Shown piece by piece: positions 1 to 8,480 of a DNA stretch of 64,000 bases. Positions within the stretch are counted from its first letter, which is position 1. Each line of letters begins with the position of its first letter. The notes under the pieces were generated by a model that was given only the letters and a program-made list of their open reading frames with translations, did no database searches and had not been told where the DNA came from. The translations under genes and the position numbers were made by a program. Source of the DNA: the human T2T-CHM13v2.0 reference genome, Homo sapiens; assembly GCF_009914755.1 (NCBI RefSeq), contig NC_060931.1. One strand, 5' to 3'.

Positions 1-126
1 GCGATAGTGGTCCTAAGAGCCAGGGGGGGAAGAGGGGTTGGCTCTGAGTCCCCGCCTCGCGGGGGGTGCCTCCCCCCACTGCGATGGGAGTCCCAAGAGC
101 CAGGGGGGAAGAGGGGATGGATCTCA

Positions 127-727
127 GCCATCACAAAATGGGGGGCCTTTATATTCAGGTTTTACCCAAGAATCAGCTTATTTGCTTCTTGTACTAGCAG
201 GGCAGTTGCTGCCAAGGCCCTCTAATAGGGGGGCCATCCTTTAGAAACCTGTCTAGTTGTTTAGAGACGTAGGCTACCGGCCTCAGCCAGGGCCCCACAG
301 TTTGGGTTAAAAGTCCAGCTGCCATCTTTTCTCTCTCTGACGCATACAATGGAAAAGGCTTTGTCAGATCGGGTAGCCCCAGGGCTGGGGCTGCCAGAAG
401 TTTTTCCTTTAACTAATGAAAGACTTGCTGTTGTCGGGATCCCCATTTCAAAGTTTCCGGGTCCCCGCCCCCTTTGTGACCTCATACAAAGGCTTGGCTA
501 ATACTGCAATGTTTGGGATCCACAGTCTACGAAACCCCACAGCTCCTAAGAATTCTCTCACCTGCCTTCTGCCCTTAAGCTCCGGTAGATTGCAAATAAC
601 CTGCTTTCTTTCTGTTCCCGAGCTGCGTTCGGACCCATGTCTTATTGTAAATCCCACGCAAGGTACCTGCCGTCGGAAGATTTGAGCTTTCTTCTTGAAC
701 ACCTCATACCCACAGTCCTCCAGGTGG
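127..727 (-). mobile_element. HERV-E-like (ERV1) pol fragment, RT thumb/connection region, copy 1, defective
   Basis: Minus-strand translation HLEDCGYEVFKKKAQI...RQVREFLGAVGFRRLWIPNIAVLAKPLYEVTKG and ALAATALLVQEANKL is typical gammaretroviral pol. Internal stop (GWPPY*) and frameshift. Confidence 0.88.
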
Positions 728-875
728 TTCCTAAGGATCTTAGGATCCCCGATGGGCGTCCTAAGCCAGTGGGGGAAGAGGGGCTGGCTCTCAGTCCCCG
801 CCTTGCGGGGGGTGTCTCCCCACCCTGTGATGGGGGTCACAAGAGCCAGAGGGGGAAGAGGGGCTGGCTCTCAAC

Positions 876-1472
876 CACCACGAAATGGGAGGCCTTTATG
901 TTCAGGTTTTGCCCAAGAGTAAGCTTATTTGCTTCTTTTACTAGCAGGGCAGTTGCTGCCAAAGCCCTCAAATAGGGAGGCCGTCCTTTAGCAACCCTGT
1001 CTAGTTGTTTAGAGACGTAGGCTACCGGCCTCAGCCAGGGCCCCACAGTTTGGGTTAAAAGTCCAGCTGCCATCTTTTCTCTCTCTGACGCATACAATGG
1101 AAAAGGCTTTGTCAGATCGGGTAGCCCCAGGGCTGGGGCTGCCAGAAGATTTTCTTGTAACTCATGAAAAACTTGCTGTTGTTGGGATCCCCATTTCAAA
1201 AGTTCCGGGTCCCCGACCCCTTTGTGACCTCATACAAAGGCTTGGCTAATACTGCAAAGTTTGGGATCCACAGTCTACAAAACCCCACAGCTCCTAAGAA
1301 TTCTCTCACCTGCCTTCTGCCCTTAAGCTCCGGTAGATTGCAAATAACCTGCTTTCTTTCTGTTCCCGAGCTGCGTTCGGACCCGTCTGATCGTAAATCC
1401 CATGTAAGGTACCTGCCGTCGGAAGATTTGAACGTTCTACTTGGACACCTAAAACCCACAGTCCTCCAGGTG
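876..1472 (-). mobile_element. HERV-E-like pol fragment, copy 2
   Basis: ORF 837..1199 WGSQQQQVFHELQENLLAAPALGLPDLTKPFPLYASEREKMAAGLLTQTVGPWLRPVAYVSKQLD; ORF 1196..1495 QVREFLGAVGFCRLWIPNFAVLAKPLYEVTKG. Confidence 0.9.
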
Positions 1473-2875
1473 GGTCCTAAGGATCTTAGGAGCAACGATG
1501 GGGGGTCCTAAGCCGGGGGGGAAGAGGGTCTGGCTCTCAGTCCCCGCCTCGCGGGGGGTGCCTCCCCCCTCTGCGATGGGGGTCCTAAGAGCCAGTGGGG
1601 GAACCAGGGGCTGGCTCTCAGTCCCTGCCTCGCGGGGGGTGCCTCCCCCCCCCGCGATGAGGGTAGCAACAGCCGGGGGTGGAAGAGGGGATAACTCTCA
1701 GTCCCCACCCTCGCGGGGGGTGCCTCCCCCTCGTGCGATGGGGGTCCTAAGAGCCAGGGGGGGGAAGAGGGACTGGCTCTCAGTCCCTGCCTCGCGGGGG
1801 GTGCCTCCCCCCCTGCGATGGGGGTACTAAGAGCCAGGGGTGGAAGAGGGGATAGCTCTCAGTCCCCACTCTCGTGAGGGTTGCCTCCCCCTCCTGCGAT
1901 GGGGGTCCTCAGAGCCAGGGGGGGGAAGAGGGTCTGGCTCTCAGTAATCCCACGTAAGGTACCTGCTGTCGGAAGATTTGAACTTTCTACTTGGACAACT
2001 AACACCCACAGTCCTCCAGGTGGGTCCTAAGGATCTCAGGATCAACGATCGGGGGTCCTAAGCCGGTGGGGGAAGAGGGTCTGGCTCTCAGTCCCCGCCT
2101 CGCGGGGGGTGCCTCCCACCTCTGCGATGGGGGTCCTAAGAGCCAGTGGGGGAACCAGGGGCTGGCTCTCAATCTCTGCCTCGCGGGGGTGCCTCCCCCC
2201 TCCTGCGATGGGGGTACCAACAGCCAGGGGCGGAAGAGGGGATAGCTCTCAGTCCCCACCCTCGTGGGGTTGCCTCCCCCTCCTGCGATGGGGGTCCCCA
2301 GAGCCAGGGGGGGAAGAGGGACTGGCTCTCAGTAATCCCACGTAAGGTACCTGTCGTCGGAAGATTTGAACTTTCTACTTGGACAACTAACACCCACAGT
2401 CCTCCAGGTGGGTCCTAAGGATCTTAGGATCAACGATCGGGGGTCCTAAGCCGGGGGGGGAAGAGGGTCTGGCTCTCAGTCCCCACCCTCGCGGGGGGTG
2501 CCTCCCCCTCCTGCGATGGGGGTCCCCAGAGCCAGGGGGGGAAGAGGGACTGGCTCTCAGTCCCTGCCTCGCGGGGGGTGCCTCCGCCCCCAGCGATGGG
2601 GGTCCTAAGAGCAAAGGGGGGAAGAGGGGCTCGCTCTCAGTCCCCGCGTCGCGAGGGGTGCCTCCTCCCCTGTGATGAGGGTGCAAAGAGCCAGGGGAGG
2701 AAAGGGGGAGGTTTGCAGTCCCGCCTCGCGGGGATTGCCTCGCCCCCTGCGATAGTGGTCCCAAGAGCCAGGGGGGGAAGAGGGGTTGGCTCTGAGTCCC
2801 CGCCTCGCGGGGGGTGCCTCCCCCCACTGCGATGGGAGTCCCAAGAGCCAGGGGGTAAGAGGGGATGGATCTCAG
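1473..2875. repeat. GC-rich ~80-bp satellite block (SATR1/SATR2-like), interrupted twice by ~80-bp pol remnants (~1945-2022, ~2333-2410)
   Basis: Unit ~ ggctctcagtccccgcctcgcggggggtgcctcccccctgcgatgggggtcctaagagccagggggggaagagggg, with starts at ~1531, 1612, 1692, 1774, 1853, 1934. Family assignment rests on a remembered SATR motif. Confidence 0.85.
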
Positions 2876-3475
2876 CCATCACAAAATGGGGGGCCTTTAT
2901 GTTCAGGTTTTGCCCAAGAATCAGCTTATTTGCTTCTTGTACTAGCAGGGCAGTTGCTGCCAAGGCCCTCTAATAGGGGGGCCATCCTTTAGAAACCTGT
3001 CTAGTTGTTTAGAGACGTAGGCTACCGGCCTCAGCCAGGGCCCCACAGTTTGGGTTAAAAGTCCAGCTGCCATCTTTTCTCTCTCTGACGCATACAATGG
3101 AAAAGGCTTTGTCGGATCGGGTAGCCCCAGGGCTGGGGCTGCCAGAAGTTTTTCCTTTAACTAATGAAAGACTCGCTGTTGTCGGGATCCCCATTTCAAA
3201 GTTTCCGGGTCCCCGCCCCCTTTGTGACCTCATACAAAGGCTTGGCTAATACTGCAAAGTTTGGGATCCACAGTCTACAAAACCCCACAGCTCCTAAGAA
3301 TTCTCTCACCTGCCTTCTGCCCTTAAGCTCCGGTAGATTGCAAATAACCTGCTTTCTTTCTGTTCCCGAGCTGCGTTCGGACCCATGTCTTATTGTAAAT
3401 CCCACGCAAGGTACCTGCCGTCGGAAGATTTGAGCTTTCTTCTTGAACACCTCATACCCACAGTCCTCCAGGTGG
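2876..3475 (-). mobile_element. HERV-E-like pol fragment, copy 3 (about 99% identical to copy 1)
   Basis: ORF 3196..3588 contains RQVREFLGAVGFCRLWIPNFAVLAKPLYEVTKG; same stop and frameshift as copy 1. Confidence 0.88.
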
Positions 3476-3622
3476 TTCCTAAGGATCTTAGGATCCCCGA
3501 TGGGCGTCCTAAGCCAGTGGGGGAAGAGGGGCTGGCTCTCAGTCCCCGCCTTGCGGGGGGTGTCTCCCCACCCTGTGATGGGGGTCACAAGAGCCAGAGG
3601 GGGAAGAGGGGCTGGCTCTCAA

Positions 3623-3743
3623 CCACCACGAAATGGGAGGCCTTTATGTTCAGGTTTTGCCCAAGAGTCAGCTTTTTTGCTTCTTGTACTAGCTGGGCAG
3701 TTGCTGCCAAGGCCCTCAAACAGGGTGGCCATCCTTTAGAAAC
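3623..3743 (-). mobile_element. Truncated terminal HERV-E-like pol fragment at the array edge
   Basis: Minus strand reads VSKGWPPCLRALAATAQLVQEAKKLTLGQNLNIKASH, then unique DNA. Confidence 0.85.
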
Positions 3744-6579
3744 AGTAATATTAGTAACAGCAGCAGCATGTATTCACTGGGCACTTCTCAGTACCTGGCC
3801 TCATGGCTCCCACTTTGTAGGCGCCAGTGGGATCAAGAGAGGGCAACATTGCAACTCTCCATGCTCCTGCAATATCCATGGCTATTCTGTAGGTGGGTAC
3901 ACCAAGCACTGGTCCTATTGGTGATGAGAGTAATGGGATCAAGTAGACAGTTGAAAGATTTAGACTTTTTCTCATTTATCAGGAAAATCATGTGAAACTT
4001 AAAAAATTTTAAATTACAGTTGAAACAGAAGAAAAGTAATAGAGTAGAGTATATAAACATATTTGTAGAGAGAAGCTAGTTAAGAAATCGTAAAGTTGAT
4101 AGATCCCAAGGACACATTAACAGAATGTTGACATTATACCAATGAAAAACCAAGGTGGAGGAAAAAAGATGGGTTGGTTGTCGAAGACATAGCGGATGAT
4201 GAAATTGGCCCTTCCAAGGCTGGTGGACATCATGGGTGGTGATTTGCTAATGTCTCCCAGTTTTAACCAATTTGCTGCTTTAAAATCCTGTTGTCATCAC
4301 ATTTGTATTGCAAAGAAGCCACATGTCACTGAAAATGAAGGATACAGGAACACACTGTATAACCTTAAAAAAACTACTGCTCTAATGGTACAGAAGGCCT
4401 CCAAAGCCCTTTAAAAAACTAAAAAGAAATGTTCAAGCAGGCGGATGACAAAGTTCAGTATTTTAAAATTAGCCACAGTTAATCCAAATGAAAGTTAATA
4501 AATTCCACTAAAAGTCACTTCCAGCAACAATTCCTTTAAGAGTCAACTTATTTTTAAACCTACACAATGAATTTTAAATCAGAAGGGCTATTGATTCCTC
4601 AGAGGAGTTGCCCAAGTAATTGACTTTATATTTAAATAAATCTAAGATTTACAAGGAAGTGGATAGAGAAGACCCTCTGGTTTTATTTCTATTTTGAAGT
4701 CAGACTTTGCATGTTAGTACTGACCCACCCAAAACAGGCTTTCCTGTGGAGCCACACAGTTGGGAAGTCCCTTTGTTGCCTGTGTAGTTTGTGCATTTAG
4801 ACCCTGCATTATTAATTCTAGCCATTCTATCTCCGCATTTTATTTCTCTGTGTTAGCCTTGTTAGACTACCATAAATTTTATTTGGGGTGTGGCTGGGTA
4901 ACTGCCCATTCTCAGTCATACTCAGGCATGTAGGTGTACACACATGCACAGAAGCCAAGAACTATATTTCTCAATTTGCAGACAGAAAGACAACAGGTAC
5001 AAAGCCCTAAGGATTATAAAGGTATGCTGCTTACCATCATCTTAGTGACCAAGGCAGCGAAGCTGTTTCTGTACCTTGGAACAGTCTTCCCTGACAAGCC
5101 AGAGAACAGTGATAAAGCCACCAGCCTTGGGATCAGGACTGAAAAGGCAAGAGTGATGGAGATTTCTCCTGCGCTAAGCCAAGAGAAGGTTTCAGCACTT
5201 CAGACAGCTCCCACCGAAGTAGCCGCGCTCCCAGCTGCTTGCAGATGTTGAAAAGGAAAGCCTCGGTTTGTCTTGAGGTTGTCAGCAGGTGCAAGACACG
5301 TAATAAAATGCAATGTGTTCCTAATTCATTGCATATCCTCAGCTTTAAATTTGGGTAGCAAAATGATTACTCTAGATTCTTCAGTCTTGGCAAGTATCTG
5401 TACCTAAAAAGCAGTTTTTCTACCTAATGTCTTTTTTTGTTTTTGTTTTTCAATACACCTTAAGCAAATTGAAGCTTTTGTTCCTGGAGGAAAAGTGGTT
5501 TGATATGTTCATCTATCTTTTAGTAAATTTGGGGGCATAACTTTTCCAATTCTGAGGAACTTTTCTAAGAAGAGTGCATAAAAGTTTGTTGTTGTTTTTA
5601 AAGGATGCAACATTCAGCCTGTGTCATGAGTTTAATTATACAATTTAAAGGACATATGTGCAATGCATTTTGCAGATGTGTGCCGGATATATATGTGCAG
5701 ATAATGGGCAAGTATATATGTGTGCATATATATATCGGGAGTATACTATATAAACACACAATACACGCCCACCCACACACATTGTGTATTTTCCAGAAAA
5801 AAAAAAAAAAGCATGTCAGGACTTACATCTAAGTTAGAGATGCTGTTTAGAACCCCATTAAAAAATGTACATGTTATATCCCTGATTTGTTTCTCAGGAC
5901 ACCTGTGTTTATGTGAGAATCATTTCTAGACACATGTCACAATAAAAAGAAGGACATGTATACTCCAAGTTAAGATTTTTTAAAAAAAGATGGAGATCAT
6001 CTGAAATAAAATTCAGAGCTCTTGCCTTTCCTTTCTCCTAGCGACACCTAGAGCCTGTTGAGAAAAAAACTGCACATTGTTCTCACTCCAAACATCCACA
6101 ATTCAACAATTTTAAGTCAGATTTAAGGTAAAAAGTACATTTTTCCTGTTTGCATTGCAGCTTAACTGTCTTCCCCAAGATTCTCGGTAGTTTAATCCTC
6201 CAGAACTCTTCACCCTCCCCCAATTAAACCATTTGCCAAAGACTTGAACCAGATGACTGAAGGATCTGTCTATTTCCCTCAGGGCTTGGCCCACCAAAGT
6301 GAGGGACATGCCTTTGAATGACTATTGAACCAGGGGAGTCTGGAAATGATGCAGGAGAAAATCACAAAACCTCGTGCAAAATCTGACGCAGGGCTGTAGG
6401 GGGTGTGTACCTGTGTGTGTGCAAACCACATCTCCCACAAAGTTTTGTGATCTCCATTAAAGTTTCCACATCCTTCATTCATAAAACAAAAACTACCAAT
6501 AACAACAGCAAAACCTCACTGATTTCATAGTATCTGGCAATTAGGAATTGTCCCTGGGAAATCACTCAATGTCTCACCG

Positions 6580-6597
6580 CCCCCCCCCCCCCCCCCC
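6580..6597 (+). repeat. Poly-C mononucleotide tract (C18)
   Basis: Uninterrupted C run. Confidence 0.95.
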
Positions 6598-7845
6598 GAC
6601 CCAAACACAACTCTTGCACTAAAGAAATATGAAACAGGGAAACAGCATGGCTGGAGGCTGCAGAGGTAATGACCAAAACCACCTACTCAGTGCCGGGCAA
6701 TGTACTGCCCTGGGTACGTCAGGGTAGACTAAGTGAGAGGCCGGTGGGACCCCTGCGGTTCCCAGGTTGAGCAGTTGTGAAACTCCTCAAAGGCATACAT
6801 AGTAATTTCTACAAACCAACACAGCCTAGCTGTTATAAGAGCTGTACCAGCCAAGCCAGACCTGTTTCTCTGAGAGCCTGTCGGGGATTTTTCTCTTTTC
6901 CCTGGGAAAAGAAGGCCTCAAAGAAAAAGCACAGTTTCCTCCCTTCTAAGTCCTAGCAGCCCTCTGCATCCTTGAAAGGGATCCACAGGAGGTGGTTAAA
7001 CGCATCCATCTAAGGTCCGGCTCCTGTCCTGCATGAGTCATTGGTTACTAGGGCGATGTGCAAATCCAACCTTTGAAACCCAGGCTTCCAGCCCCCATGA
7101 AGAGTAGGAAATGTGCTCTCGGAGAAGTTTTCACTGAACACGGTCTAAGGCAGAGGTGCTAGTCCAGGGCTGGGAGGGGAGACAGACACGGCCTGAGAGC
7201 TCTCAGCAAAATTGCTGGGCCCTGGGACAGAGGGTTGGGGCTCAGATGCCAGTATTTTGGTATTTTTTTTTTTCCGGAAAGGATAATCACCACCACCACC
7301 GCTGGGGGGAAAAAGTGTCTAGGAGAAGTAAGAAGAGGAACGAAGGAGAGGCATTTGAGTCAAGGGACAGAGTGAGTAGGAGAGGAGGGGCACGATGGAG
7401 AGATTCCAGACACAGGTGGGAGGGAGAGAAGGTGCCTGAGGCTGTGTTCCCGGAGCACGAAATAAATAAAAAATAAACCAACTCGTAAGCACAGGCCGAT
7501 CGAATTCTCTCCTTAGGAACCATAGCAGCATGCTGTTAAAAACAGACATCCGCACATCCAGGGAACGTAAGGCGAATTCCAGATCCCAGCAGGCGCAGTA
7601 CCCAAACCCCGCTCTCTCCAGCCACCAACTCCCGGCCGCCGCGGCTGCAGACACAGACCCGCTCCCTCCGGGACGGCGATGACCGCGATCTGGCGCCACG
7701 GAGCCTGTCTGGGGGCGCCCGGAGAGTCGTGGGCTGGGGGAGGGCGCCTGATTCCCCCCCCCACAGATGCCCCCGGCCGACGCGTCTCGCTGCGCGCTCA
7801 GCCCGGAGCCCCCGCCGCCGTCCCCCGCCCCCGAGAAGCTCTTAC

Positions 7846-8088
7846 GTCCTCCTTGTCACCATCGCTCCGCGCCTGGTACTGGAACCGGGGCCGGCCATCC
7901 GCGCCGCCGCCGCCGCCGCCGCGCTCCCGGGGCGCCGCCGCCTGCGCCCGCGGGCCGAGGGGCTTGGCTCCTGCGCCGCTGTCCTCCTCGGGCCCCTGGC
8001 CGCCCAGGAGGTGACTCGCCTCCGGGGGCGTGGGGAAGGACCTCGAGGTGTTGATCTTGCCGGTGAACCTCTGGTACAGCGAAGCCAT
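7846..8088 (-). CDS. DPP6: First coding exon (81 codons, cytoplasmic N-terminus) of the DPP6 long isoform (Kv4 auxiliary subunit DPPX-L); probably the segmental-duplication paralog copy rather than the functional gene
   Basis: MASLYQRFTGKINTSRSFPTPPEASHLLGGQGPEEDSGAGAKPLGPRAQAAAPRERGGGGGGADGRPRFQYQARSDGDKED matches the DPP6-L N-terminus. Start context gcccgATGG. Phase-0 donor GAC|GTAAGA at 7846/7845 gives 243 nt. Four residues differ from remembered human DPP6. Confidence 0.9.
7903..7920 (+). repeat. (GCC)6 / (GGC)6 repeat encoding the poly-Gly tract
   Basis: gccgccgccgccgccgcc within the exon. Confidence 0.9.
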
Positions 8089-8480
8089 CGGGCACCGCGC
8101 TCCTGCTGGCTGTCTTTAGGGCTTTTTAATATTTTGCTTTCTCTCCGGTTCCCACTCCCCACCCCGCTCCAGATTAAAAAAAAGGCGGTGGGGAGGCAGC
8201 AGCAGCAGCAAGGCAAGCCCAGCGCCGGCGACCGCTCCTCCCGCGCGCCACTCGCGAGTCTCCGCTGGCGACTCTACCTGGCTCAGCCTCCTCCGCCCCC
8301 TCCCCGGCGGCTCGCGAAGCCGGGGCTCTGGCTGTTCTTTCTCTCTTTCCTGTTTTTATAATTTTTTTCCCCAACTCCTTGCCACAGCCACGTACGGCCT
8401 AATCAAAGAGATTGAAGGAAGAAAAAAAACCAAAAACATAAAGCGAGGGAAATGCCTAGGCCCCAGAATTTGGCACCACC
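8089..8480 (-). other. DPP6: Probable 5'UTR of the DPP6-type exon 1, including a short (CTG)5 at ~8196-8210; the upstream boundary is uncertain
   Basis: Contiguous with the ATG inside the CpG island; TSS cannot be fixed from sequence. Confidence 0.5.

Larger units (their letters stand above)
1..3743. repeat. Composite tandem array (macrosatellite/VNTR) of ERV1 pol fragments alternating with a GC-rich ~80-bp satellite; runs off the left window edge
   Basis: 1-~990 recurs at 2749-~3740 (period 2748, e.g. identical ORFs 261..485 and 3009..3233). Pol block recurs at +748 (ttagagacgtagg at 261 and 1009). Short block recurs at +388 (taatcccacgtaagg at 1945 and 2333). Abrupt switch to unique sequence after cctttagaaac at 3743. 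Confidence 0.95.

Noticed and set aside
1498-2992. Many Pro/Gly/Arg-rich ORFs in the satellite
   Set aside because: Stop-poor GC-rich tandem repeat; the peptides are just translations of the monomer
1-3743. Intact endogenous retrovirus or active reverse transcriptase next to a repeat array (retron/CRISPR/DGR-like)
   Set aside because: Only short, repeated, frameshifted pol fragments with no catalytic YXDD, LTR, gag or env. The repeats are head-to-tail monomers without unique spacers, and the context is primate genomic DNA.
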